Assembly (NCBI GenBank): GCA_038250735.1
Contig: JBBSCC010000001.1
Location: 3,229 to 67,228, forward strand
DNA from: Sphingomonadales bacterium
GTDB taxonomy: Bacteria > Pseudomonadota > Alphaproteobacteria > Sphingomonadales > Sphingomonadaceae
Direction: 5' to 3'
DNA length: 64,000 nucleotides
Position 1 is the first letter of the stretch; every line of letters starts with the position of its first letter. Below are positions 54,338 through 64,000 of the stretch, one piece after another. The notes under the pieces were generated by a model. That model did no database searches, was not told where the DNA came from, and was given only the letters and a program-made list of their open reading frames with translations. The translations under genes were made by a program, and so were the position numbers.

Positions 54338-57300
54338 TTAAAAAACCAGGCGCAAACCAGCGGTGATGATCCGCCCGGTTCCCGCATAAAGCGAGCTGAG
54401 CTGGTTGGCGGCGTAGATGGACCGGAACTGCGGGGTGTTGGTCATGTTGCGGCCTTCAAGCGATATCCGTGCCCAGGGCGTCAGCGCATAGCTGGTCGAG
54501 AAATCGAGGTTAAACGTGTTCCCATTATACCCGAAATCGGCGACCACCGGTGAGTTGCACACACCGCCTGCGTTCGTCGTCAAGCCCACGCTGCACGTAC
54601 CCGTCGCCAACGGGAAGCGGTTGACATATTCGGTCCGATAGGCGCCCGAAACGCGCGCTGAGAACTTCTTGTCCTCATAATAGAAGGTCGCGTTGAAAGC
54701 GTCAGGTGACGTGTTCAGAAACGGCGCGCTGGCAAAGGTGTTAATGGCAGTTGCTGTCGTGCCTGTCTGGGTTGTCGATAATGTTGTGCCGGTCAAATAG
54801 CTGAGCCGCGACTGGATATGGGTATAGTTTGCGGTGACTCCGAAATTATCCCAGGGGGCCGGCAGAAAGGTGAAGTTCGACTGGACGTTCACTTCAATAC
54901 CGCGGATCACACCGCCCGGTGCATCGTTGAATTGGCGCACCGCATATACGCCGTTTGCCTGGGTATAGGTGAGCAAGGTCGGCGCGGTTATCGTTCCGAG
55001 AATTGCCTGGTATGTCGCGGGATCATAAACAGAGGATAGCGGCACTTCCCCGGCGGTCTGCTGCGGGAAGTTGGCGAGGTCCTTTACGAACAAGGCAACG
55101 GAAACTAGCCCGTTTTTACCGAAATATTTTTCGAAACTCAGGTCGAAATTGGTTGCGCGGAATGGCTTTAGATAGGGATTGCCCACGGTAATCCCTGGGG
55201 CCGAACCGTTGGTTGGCAGGCCCGTGGGAAACGCCGTGGTGCCGGGGGTGAGCGATGACAGCTGCGGCCGTGCGATCACCTTTGCACCCGCAAAACGGAC
55301 CAGGAAGTTTGGCGCGACCGTCCATACTAGGTTTCCTGCGGGCAGCACATCTGTGTAGCTGTTGTTCGCGGTAACGATAACGCCGGTCACGCCATTGCCT
55401 GCACCGCCGACTGACCCGGTGGCATCGACCCGCGTATTCGCGACGCGGACGCCAGCATTGCCGCGGATTGGCCGTCCGAACAATTCGGTGTCCCAATCAA
55501 CTTGGAAAAAGCCTGCCAAATCGCGTTCAGTCACGCGGTTTGCGTTACGGCCATCAGTGAGCAGCCGGTAATCCGAAAATTGATTGACGCAGTTGCAGTC
55601 GATCCCAAACGTGCTGATGAACTTATTGAGATCAGGCACGAAAAAGCTGGTTGGCGTACCGGCTGGAACGGTAATCCCCTGGCCAAAGCCGACCGTTCGG
55701 CCAAGCGTGGAAATCGAGGCGATCCCGGCTTCAGCAAGCGTCGGGTTGATCGCCTCAACCGTCGTATTGTTGCGTCCGGAATTGCTGAAATAGGTGAAGC
55801 GCTTGTACGTCATGCCCGCGCTCAGCTTCAGTTCCGGGCTGACATCCCACGCCAGGCTGCCCCGGCTGACGGTGAAAGTATTGCGCACGTCATCAGAGAA
55901 AACGCGGATCGTCGACAGGCCCTTCACAAGCGAAAAATTCGCGGGATTGGACACATCAAACCCGGGATTGAACACAGGCATCAACCCGCCGCCGCGCTCA
56001 TCATAGACATAGCCGTCCTGGTCGATGGCATTGAATTCAGTCAGATATCCAATCGCCTTGAACTCTGACCGTGAATAGCCGCCCGTGTATTCAAAATGCA
56101 CGTCGCTACCGAAATCATGCTTCACGCCGATCGTGCCCTGCCAGAACGTCGTCTTTCCCGATTGCGAGTCGGCAAAGCTGCGCCAATCCACATCGTCGAG
56201 CACCAGATAATCCGCCTGGCCTGCAGCATTAACGTTGGCAGCGCGAATCTTGGTGTTGGGGCGGCCGATCAACTCGTTGTAAAAACCAGTTTGGTTGGCG
56301 GTTGGTATGAACCCGGGTGAGGCGGCGTTGTTGTAATAATCAAACGGATTTAGGTTGCGTGGATTAAGGCTGTTGAGAAAACCAGGCAGCGCTGCGCTTC
56401 CTACACCGGTTCCGGCCGCAGTGCCGTTACAGTCGAGCGAGGCAGATGGCACGCAGTTCGGGTACAGCGCGACACGATCAGCATTGCCGTTCGCCGTGCC
56501 TACCGCGCGCAGGCCGTTGGCGCCGGTCTGCGCTGCACGGGCATTGGTGCCATTGCGGTTCAGACCCACAGTCGTGATGCCGCTGACCGTCGAATCCTGC
56601 GTGTAGCGCGAATAGACGCCATCAACGATGATTTCGGTATGATCAGTCGGACGCCACTGTGCAGTCAGCGTGGCCCCCAGCCGCTCATACCCCAGTTCCT
56701 GGCGCGTGATGGATGGCAAGGCGGGAATAATCGTCGTTGGCGTCACCAGCGCATAGGCTGCCGGATCAGACCCAAAGGTCGGTCCCGTGCCCGCCGTGGA
56801 GGGGCGCGCGAAGCCAAAGGTGAGCGGTGTCACTCCGTTCAACTGCGAGTTCCGATAGGTGTATTCGAACTGGCCTGGATTGCGGCGATACGCATCGATC
56901 AATTGATCCTGCTTTTGATACGCAACCGTTCCCAGAATGCCGAAATTATCGGTGATATGCTGCGATATCAGCGCTGTAAGCCGCGGATTGAAGCTTTTGC
57001 CGTTCTCGCGATATTCTGCCTCGCCGCCAAAGGCGTAGCGGTTCTTCTTGTTCGCCAGCGGGCGCCCCGTGTTCAAATCAATGATCGCGCCCAGCGACCC
57101 TTCATCATTTGACGCCGCGGTGGATTTGGTAACGGTGACGCCGCCGAACAACTCCGATGCAAAAGTGTTGAAATCGAACCCGCGCGAGCGGTTTGCGCCC
57201 GAATCGGACTGGTTGCCGCCGGAAATGCTCAGGGCATCGGCGCCGTTCAGCCGCACCTGTTGGAAATCGCCGCCCAACCCGCGCACCGTAATCGTGCGAC

Positions 57301-57685
57301 CTTCGCCATTGTCACGGTCAATTGAGATGCCCGGCAGGCGCTGGATCGATTCGGCAAGGTTAGCGTCAGGGAAATTGGCGATATCCTCTGCCGTGATCGC
57401 GTCAATAATCTGGTTGGACAGGCGCTTCTTATTAAGTGCGTCTTCCAGCGACTTGCGGAAACCGGTGACAACGATGTCGCCCGATTTATCATCACCCGCA
57501 TCGGCTTGGCTGACCGGCGAATCGGTTGCCTGATCGTCGAGCACAGCCGCCGCAATCGCTTTGCCGCTCGCGCCGGCATTAGCTGTGGCCAGTTCAGCCG
57601 CTGCAGGCGAACCAAATCCCAGACTGACGACCAATACAGTCAAGCTGGAACCTGACAGAAAACGTTTTGACACCTTCGTGATCAT
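54338..57685 (-). CDS. TonB-dependent receptor (1115 aa, polysaccharide-locus type)
   Basis: Signal peptide. Plug domain: DIVVTGFRKSL...ITAEDIANFPDANLAESIQRLPGISIDRDNGEGRTITVRGLG. Long beta-barrel with terminal aromatic residue (...GLRLVF). Confidence 0.95.
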   Translation of the reverse strand: MITKVSKRFLSGSSLTVLVVSLGFGSPAAAELATANAGASGKAIAAAVLDDQATDSPVSQADAGDDKSGDIVVTGFRKSLEDALNKKRLSNQIIDAITAEDIANFPDANLAESIQRLPGISIDRDNGEGRTITVRGLGGDFQQVRLNGADALSISGGNQSDSGANRSRGFDFNTFASELFGGVTVTKSTAASNDEGSLGAIIDLNTGRPLANKKNRYAFGGEAEYRENGKSFNPRLTALISQHITDNFGILGTVAYQKQDQLIDAYRRNPGQFEYTYRNSQLNGVTPLTFGFARPSTAGTGPTFGSDPAAYALVTPTTIIPALPSITRQELGYERLGATLTAQWRPTDHTEIIVDGVYSRYTQDSTVSGITTVGLNRNGTNARAAQTGANGLRAVGTANGNADRVALYPNCVPSASLDCNGTAAGTGVGSAALPGFLNSLNPRNLNPFDYYNNAASPGFIPTANQTGFYNELIGRPNTKIRAANVNAAGQADYLVLDDVDWRSFADSQSGKTTFWQGTIGVKHDFGSDVHFEYTGGYSRSEFKAIGYLTEFNAIDQDGYVYDERGGGLMPVFNPGFDVSNPANFSLVKGLSTIRVFSDDVRNTFTVSRGSLAWDVSPELKLSAGMTYKRFTYFSNSGRNNTTVEAINPTLAEAGIASISTLGRTVGFGQGITVPAGTPTSFFVPDLNKFISTFGIDCNCVNQFSDYRLLTDGRNANRVTERDLAGFFQVDWDTELFGRPIRGNAGVRVANTRVDATGSVGGAGNGVTGVIVTANNSYTDVLPAGNLVWTVAPNFLVRFAGAKVIARPQLSSLTPGTTAFPTGLPTNGSAPGITVGNPYLKPFRATNFDLSFEKYFGKNGLVSVALFVKDLANFPQQTAGEVPLSSVYDPATYQAILGTITAPTLLTYTQANGVYAVRQFNDAPGGVIRGIEVNVQSNFTFLPAPWDNFGVTANYTHIQSRLSYLTGTTLSTTQTGTTATAINTFASAPFLNTSPDAFNATFYYEDKKFSARVSGAYRTEYVNRFPLATGTCSVGLTTNAGGVCNSPVVADFGYNGNTFNLDFSTSYALTPWARISLEGRNMTNTPQFRSIYAANQLSSLYAGTGRIITAGLRLVF

Positions 57686-57737
57686 GCAACCCTCCCCATT
57701 TTTGGCTTCGGTGGCTTGGCACCACTCTCAACCCTAA

Positions 57738-57751
57738 TGACACCGGTATCA
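57738..57751. promoter_or_regulatory. LacI-type operator candidate TGACACCGGTATCA upstream of the TonB-dependent receptor
   Basis: This is the best palindrome of the four sites (12/14 symmetric), 53 nt upstream of ATG 57685. Confidence 0.5.
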
Positions 57752-58219
57752 ATAACGCCAGGACAATTCAAGCGGTGCTTTCGTGTCAGGCGAGCACACG
57801 GGTTGTCGGGCGGCTTGAACGGGGAAGGTTTGTTGCAGGCTGCGGTATTGTCAGGAGGTTTCTTAACCCCCAAAAGCGGCCGTGCCGTTATCCGGCAATT
57901 ACGTCGGTCCAGACTTCGCGAACGAGTGGCGGCTTTCGGGATCAGCCAATGATCGGACGAACGGCAGGGTTTAGGGCGCAAAGCAGCCTTTTGCCATTTC
58001 GCTGGCGAATGGCAGGTATCCCAATGACGCATCCTGAAAGCAGATTGTCGGCAAGCCACCCAATTGCCGCTACGCCTCGCCATAGCAGTGGACTTCCGGA
58101 GGGGACGGAGCATTGCTGTGGTCGTGACGCGCTGCCGGGCAAGGGGCGCTGCCCGGATCGAGCGATCGGCCGGGCTTGGGGTTGTGGGGCAGCATCGCGC
58201 CGCCCGACGGAGACCATCT

Positions 58220-58468
58220 ATGACCATCCAGATCGAACAACCCACGCCTGAGCCTCGCGCTGCTCCAGTAAGCCGAATGACAAAGTCAGCCACCGTCCAA
58301 AAGTTACTCTCGCGCAACAAGGGCGCGACGCTTTCGGAGATTACCAGCATCACGCACTGGCAAGCCCACAGCGCACGGTCATTCCTGACCGGATTGCGGA
58401 AAAAGGGTATTGTTCTGTTTCGCGAGACTCGCACTAACGGTGAGTCGAGCTGGCGGATCGAAGCTTGA
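58220..58468 (+). CDS. DUF3489-like small protein
   Basis: Start at ATG 58220 (GGAGA upstream). TKSATVQKLLSRNKGATLSEITSITHWQAHSARSFLTGLRKKG is the remembered DUF3489 pattern. It is the first gene of the recombinase triad. Confidence 0.7.
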   Translation: MTIQIEQPTPEPRAAPVSRMTKSATVQKLLSRNKGATLSEITSITHWQAHSARSFLTGLRKKGIVLFRETRTNGESSWRIEA

Positions 58469-58470
58469 AC

Positions 58471-58914
58471 ATGGTAAGCCTGACCGATCAGATCGCTAGA
58501 CTGGTGCACATGTCGCCAGCCCAGCTGCGCACCGAGTGGCGGCGGCTACACCGTGGTCAACCGTTGCCGGACGGGATGAGCACCGACCTCATGATGCGCG
58601 CGATCGCTTGGCGATTACAGGCGAAGGCGCTTGGCGGGATGCCGCCGAGTTGCCAGCGCGATCTGGCGCGATTGGCAAAGCAGCTGGAAACCAGCGGTGA
58701 GCTTGATCTTGAGCGTCAGCGTCAGTTCAAGTCAGGTACGAGGCTGGTCCGACAATGGCATGGCAAACCCTATGTCGTGACGGTGCTTGACCAAGGGTAT
58801 GAGTTTCAGCAGCGGCACTATGCCTCGCTGACACCCATCGCTCGACAAATCACCGGCGCGGCCTGGTCTGGTCCACGCTTTTTCGGCATCCCCCCGAAAG
58901 CGAAAGCGCCGTGA
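58471..58914 (+). CDS. DUF2924-like protein
   Basis: LRTEWRRLHRGQPLPDGMSTDLMMRAIAWRLQ...GTRLVRQWHGKPYVVTVLDQGYEFQQRHYASLTPIARQITGAAWSGPRFFG is the remembered DUF2924 pattern. It is translationally coupled to the recombinase. Confidence 0.7.
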   Translation: MVSLTDQIARLVHMSPAQLRTEWRRLHRGQPLPDGMSTDLMMRAIAWRLQAKALGGMPPSCQRDLARLAKQLETSGELDLERQRQFKSGTRLVRQWHGKPYVVTVLDQGYEFQQRHYASLTPIARQITGAAWSGPRFFGIPPKAKAP

Positions 58915-60464
58915 ACCGCAAGCCTGACCGGTCAATGCTTCGCTGCGCAATCTATACGCGCAAGTCGACCGAGGAGGGACTGGAACAGGCGTTTAACAGC
59001 CTCGATGCACAGCGAGAGGCCTGCGCTGCCTACATCATCAGCCAGACTCACGAAGGCTGGGTAGCGTCGCCAGACCTCTATGACGACGGGGGCTGCTCAG
59101 GTGGGAATATGGCGCGTCCCGGTCTCGTCCAACTCATGGCGGATGTTGAGGCCGGTAAGATCGACGTCATCGTCGTTTATAAGGTCGATCGGCTGACGCG
59201 CAGTCTTGCCGACTTCGCGAAGATCGTCGAAATCCTCGATCGTCACGACGCGTCCTTCGTCAGCGTGACGCAGGCGTTCAACACCACCAGCTCCATGGGT
59301 CGGCTGACGCTTAATGTACTGCTGTCGTTTGCGCAGTTCGAGCGCGAAGTCACAGGCGAACGCATCCGCGACAAGATTGCAGCATCAAAAGCACGCGGCA
59401 TGTGGATGGGCGGGGTAGTCCCGCTCGGATACGAAGTTAGGGAACGCAAGCTCATTCCGATTGAAGCCGAAGCGGAGCGGGTGCGCCACGTTTTTCGACG
59501 CTATTTGGATCTAGGCTCGGTATATGCGGTTCAGACAGAACTGGCCGAACAAGGCATCAGAACGAAGACGCGTATTGGCCGTGATGGAAAGCCGACGGGC
59601 AATGCTCATTTCAGCCGCGGCGCCCTATATCAAATGCTGCGCAATCGGATCTACCTCGGCGAGATCACACATCGTGAAAAATCCTATCCTGGTGATCACG
59701 ATGCCATTATTGAGCGACCTGTTTTCGAACAGGCAGGAGCGCTGTTGGACGCAAATCGCGTCGACAATGCCAACGCCATCCAGGCCGAATGCCCTAGCCT
59801 GTTTTCCGGACTGGTCTGGGATAGCGACGGGCGGCGGATGGTGCCCAACCACGCTTCCAAACGTGGCGTGCGCTACCGCTACTACGTGAGCGCGAAAGAC
59901 AAGCAGCGCCTCAAGTTGTCCGTGCGGCGGGTGCCTGCAGGCGAACTCGAGGGTCTTGTAATACGCCGGCTCGAACGAAACATGGAACTCGGTGAAAGTG
60001 CAGCGTTCGACCGACGTAATGTTCTTTCCATGATCGATCGCGTTACCGTGCACGATGACCGCGTTGAGGTTGTGCTTAGCGACGACCGCAACGGTAGGGA
60101 GCCGATCGTCATCGCAGCAACCTTGATTAGCAGGAGTGGCGAGCGGCGCCTGTCCGTCGCACACAACGAGCAAGATCTAACTCGGCCTGATGCAGCGCTG
60201 ATCAAGCTAGTCGTGAGGGCGTTCCAGGCGCGGGAGCTGTTCGAATCGGCCCGCACCCCCTCTCTCAGTGCCGCCGCCGCCACAATGGGCGTGACCAGTT
60301 CTTATCTCGGCGTCCTGCTTCGTTTGAGCTACATCGCGCCTGACATTATCGCTGCCATTTTGGACGGGCGTCAGCCCGACGCGCTTAACCGGCAGCGTCT
60401 CGCGCGCATCGCCAATCTGCCGCTCGATTGGCAAGAGCAGCGCGCCGTTCTCGGCTTCGCCTGA
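58911..60464 (+). CDS. Large serine recombinase (resolvase/invertase N-domain plus recombinase and zinc-ribbon-like C-region)
   Basis: AIYTRKSTEE (catalytic Ser), DGGCSGGNMARPGL, VVYKVDRLTRS and ERIRDKI. The C-terminal ~350 aa includes YYVS. GTG 58911 overlaps the upstream stop. An alternative start is ATG 58935. Confidence 0.9.
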   Translation: MNRKPDRSMLRCAIYTRKSTEEGLEQAFNSLDAQREACAAYIISQTHEGWVASPDLYDDGGCSGGNMARPGLVQLMADVEAGKIDVIVVYKVDRLTRSLADFAKIVEILDRHDASFVSVTQAFNTTSSMGRLTLNVLLSFAQFEREVTGERIRDKIAASKARGMWMGGVVPLGYEVRERKLIPIEAEAERVRHVFRRYLDLGSVYAVQTELAEQGIRTKTRIGRDGKPTGNAHFSRGALYQMLRNRIYLGEITHREKSYPGDHDAIIERPVFEQAGALLDANRVDNANAIQAECPSLFSGLVWDSDGRRMVPNHASKRGVRYRYYVSAKDKQRLKLSVRRVPAGELEGLVIRRLERNMELGESAAFDRRNVLSMIDRVTVHDDRVEVVLSDDRNGREPIVIAATLISRSGERRLSVAHNEQDLTRPDAALIKLVVRAFQARELFESARTPSLSAAAATMGVTSSYLGVLLRLSYIAPDIIAAILDGRQPDALNRQRLARIANLPLDWQEQRAVLGFA

Positions 60465-60698
60465 TCTGAACTCCAAACAAAGCTGGACCATCTGATGGCC
60501 AGCTAATGCGCATCGCATCTGCCGACCGCGACATCCGGGTTTGGAGAATACCCAGCGCCGCGCCCATGATTTGCCTCTGCAAAACGTCTCCGGGGCGTTG
60601 GCTAGGATGCAATCTACCCGTGGAATGCCGCAGAACCGCGCCAATTTTTGAGCAAATGCCAATTGTGTTCGCTACGTCTGTCGAACTGCCGCAGAGAG

Positions 60699-60774
60699 TG
60701 GTGGGCGATGACGGGCTCGAACCGCCGACATTCTCGGTGTAAACGAGACGCTCTACCAACTGAGCTAATCGCCC
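60699..60774 (-). tRNA. tRNA-Val (anticodon UAC), CCA encoded
   Basis: The minus strand reads GGGCGATTAGCTCAGTTGGTAGAGCGTCTCGTTTACACCGAGAATGTCGGCGGTTCGAGCCCGTCATCGCCCACCA. It folds by hand into a cloverleaf: 7-bp acceptor, GCTC/GAGC D-stem, TCTCG/CGAGA anticodon stem with loop TTTACAC, and T-arm GGCGG-TTCGAGC-CCGTC. Confidence 0.9.
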
Positions 60775-60860
60775 GCCCGGATCATGGGCAGAACTCCCCG
60801 TGCCAAACCGCGGCGGTTTCCGCAACCCCTGCACGTCCACCCGGCACCTGATTGGTACCG

Positions 60861-61847
60861 TCAGGCGATCATCGTGCCCGCGCGTTTGGCCGCGCGCCAA
60901 TATTCATGCATCCCGTCGCGCGCCTTGGCTGATAGCTGCATAAAGGCGCGGCGGCGATCAAAGGGATCGGGTTCGCGTTCAAACAGCCCCGCCTCGGTCA
61001 TCCGGCTAATCCAGCGGAGCGCAGTGGTGGGGGCGACCGCCGCGGCAATGCACAGGCTGGACACCGAAACCCGCGCGCGTTCCAGATCGGCGGCGGACAG
61101 ATCAAGCAGCATGTCCCAGGCCGGATCTTCAAACAGCCCATTGCCGAAAAACTGATCGCGCAGCCGCCGTCCCCGGATCGCCTGGCGAATCTCGGTTGCG
61201 GTCACCGGCGTACTGCCACCGCCCGGCGCGCCGCTATCGGGGCCGCGATACGCCATTGCCCGATCCCCCAGCATCGCCGGGCGCGCACTCGCCGGATCGG
61301 CCTTGGCCAGCCGTGCCAGCGTCTCGGCAATGCGGGCGACTTCGGCGTTCAGCTGGTTCAGGCGTTCGGTGTCGCGGTCGTTGTCGCCATTGCCCTGACG
61401 CACCCGGCTGCCCGCACCACCGGCGTGCGGATAAGCCAGCGCGATCACCAAAGCGCTCACCCGTTCCGCCAGCGTCGGCGCGCACAGCAGCTGCACCCGG
61501 TCACCCAGAAACCGCCCGGCCACATCGTCGATCTGGCTGTCGTCCAGCGTGATCACCATCGGGGCGTCATGCCGCGCGAGCCACGCCGCCGCTGCATCAA
61601 GCGCATCGTCCAGCGGGGCGACCCGCTCCCCAAGTGCCGTCCCAGCACCCGCTTCCATCAACACCCCGTCGATCAGCGGCGCATCCGCCAGCGCCGCCGC
61701 CGCCTGGGCAAAGCCGACCGGCCCGATCATCCGTGCGCCCGCCATGGCCAGCGCGTCCCGCCCGGCAAGCGCATGGCTGCCCGGCTCTGCAATCAGCAGC
61801 ACGGTGGGTTGCGCCCCATAATCGGTGGCTGTGTGTGTATTGGTCAT
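60861..61847 (-). CDS. Hypothetical regulator: receiver-like N-domain, coiled coil, C-terminal MarR-like winged helix
   Basis: Start chosen at ATG 61847 (MTNTHTA...). The C-terminus WDMLLDLSAADLERARVSVSSLCIAAAVAPTTALRWISRMTEAGLFEREPDPFDRRRAFMQLS is wHTH-like. Confidence 0.65.
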   Translation of the reverse strand: MTNTHTATDYGAQPTVLLIAEPGSHALAGRDALAMAGARMIGPVGFAQAAAALADAPLIDGVLMEAGAGTALGERVAPLDDALDAAAAWLARHDAPMVITLDDSQIDDVAGRFLGDRVQLLCAPTLAERVSALVIALAYPHAGGAGSRVRQGNGDNDRDTERLNQLNAEVARIAETLARLAKADPASARPAMLGDRAMAYRGPDSGAPGGGSTPVTATEIRQAIRGRRLRDQFFGNGLFEDPAWDMLLDLSAADLERARVSVSSLCIAAAVAPTTALRWISRMTEAGLFEREPDPFDRRRAFMQLSAKARDGMHEYWRAAKRAGTMIA

Positions 61848-61990
61848 GCCCGTCCTCCAGCGGTGGTCCGGGCAATCATACGCAAATGCGATCACGAGTT
61901 ACGTATGGATCGCACCAAAACGGCGCGACCTGCCCCGATATCCAGCAAAGCCGCACCGAAACGGCGGTAACTCGGCGGCGCCCAAGCCGA

Positions 61991-63406
<1,416 letters not shown>

Positions 63407-63427
63407 TCGCTATTCCTTCAAGCCGTT

Positions 63428-63916
63428 TCAGGCAGCTGCCCGAACGGCAGTTCGATCATGTTCATTGTCGTTCGCACTGCCGTCACCCTGATCATCAGGT
63501 TTGGACGGACGGTGCAGATGCGGCGTGCGGGTGCGTGGTCGTTGGCCCAGGAGGCGCACGATCCGGCGAGCACCACCGCGCATCGCTGCGGCGACTGCGC
63601 CAAACCGCGCGGTCATCGCCACCATGGCCAGCCCGGTAATCACCTCTACATAGCTTGCCAATTCAACGCTCGCCAACAGCGGGAGCAATTCGGGCGACCC
63701 AAGACGAAGCAGGATGAGGCCATCCTGTTCAAAAATCACAACCGTCAATATGGTCACCACAACAGCAGCCAGCACGATAATCACCTGCCCGCGAGTGATC
63801 CGCGACAATTGCCGCGCCGGCCATGCCACCAGCGCACGGTGCAGCGCCTTTGCAATCGGCGTTTCGGGTGCGAACAACATCACCAGCATTGCCGAAAACA
63901 GGATCAGTGCAAGCAT
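63428..63916 (-). CDS. Hypothetical small membrane protein located between pntAB and pntB
   Basis: 162 aa with three to four hydrophobic segments and a charged, low-complexity tail. No family recognised. Confidence 0.5.
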   Translation of the reverse strand: MLALILFSAMLVMLFAPETPIAKALHRALVAWPARQLSRITRGQVIIVLAAVVVTILTVVIFEQDGLILLRLGSPELLPLLASVELASYVEVITGLAMVAMTARFGAVAAAMRGGARRIVRLLGQRPRTRTPHLHRPSKPDDQGDGSANDNEHDRTAVRAAA

Positions 63917-63950
63917 ATTGCGCCCCCCGCCAAATACGCCCCCCGGCCAA

Positions 63951-64000
63951 TCATTTCGCGACCGGCCGTTCTTTCTTCTTGTACATCGCCAGCATCCGCG
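63951..64000 (-). CDS. 3' end of the NAD(P) transhydrogenase alpha subunit part 2 (PntAB), partial
   Basis: Hand translation gives ...RMLAMYKKKERPVAK*. It resembles the ...QRMLKMFRK C-terminus I remember for PntA, and the position is upstream of pntB. Only 16 codons are in the window. Confidence 0.5.
   Translation of the reverse strand, partial: RMLAMYKKKERPVAK

Noticed and set aside
57686-58219. Possible riboswitch or small gene in the 530-bp gap upstream of the TonB-dependent receptor
   Set aside because: I could not recognise any riboswitch core by eye. The only ORFs (57716..57952, 57775..58251, 57682..58509) are low-complexity. Only the LacI-type palindrome is retained. An Rfam scan would be needed to exclude a structured RNA.
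60385-60900. 171-aa minus-strand ORF spanning the tRNA-Val gene
   Set aside because: Its central peptide (RLAQLVERLVYTENVGGSSPSSPT) is simply the tRNA sequence translated. This is a classic spurious ORF over a tRNA.

Overview
This is a GC-rich alphaproteobacterial segment. Gene content suggests a sphingomonad, but that is inference. All family calls come from reading the translations for motifs; no database search was run. No rRNA genes or CRISPR arrays were seen.

Blocks from left to right:
- **1-3.1 kb, housekeeping-like genes:** a partial DapF-family epimerase, a VOC protein, a GST, a DUF6456-like protein and an XRE regulator.
- **3.1-18.2 kb, patchy and visibly more AT-rich accessory mosaic:**
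  - an iteron-like array of CAGGGAAT motifs with 22-bp phasing;
  - a stand-alone B12-binding-domain protein;
  - a GAF-PAS-PAS hybrid histidine kinase plus LuxR-type response regulator, divergent from a minimal pilus operon (DUF4402 subunit, PapD-like chaperone, divergent usher-like protein);
  - a methyltransferase and a secreted orphan protein;
  - an intact IS6-family element followed by CorA and a cyclic-nucleotide-gated K+ channel, then nested IS6 end remnants.
- **18.2-27.2 kb:** a tightly packed six-gene acyl-CoA catabolic operon (MFE-2-like SDR, ACAD, CaiB-type CoA-transferase, thiolase, long Mcd-like ACAD, double hot-dog hydratase), with a divergent IclR regulator and a third ACAD.
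- **27.7-31.6 kb:** an operon of a lactone-oxidase-like flavoenzyme, a DSD1-family PLP enzyme and an amidase.
- **31.9-33 kb:** small orphan genes, including a cysteine-less MucR-like protein.
- **33.4-57.7 kb, pectin/hexuronate utilisation locus:**
  - two esterases, kdgK, kduD, kduI, uxaC, a LacI regulator and uxaA;
  - a UxuB-like reductase, an FAH-family protein and an ExuT-like MFS transporter;
  - a 1256-aa LamG protein, DUF885 and GH43;
  - a PL1 pectate lyase and a TonB-dependent receptor;
  - four copies of a TGAYACCGGTWWCM operator-like palindrome link these units.
- **58.2-60.8 kb:** a DUF3489-DUF2924-serine recombinase triad abutting tRNA-Val(UAC).
- **60.9-64 kb:** a wHTH protein, pntB, a small membrane protein and the 3' end of pntAB.
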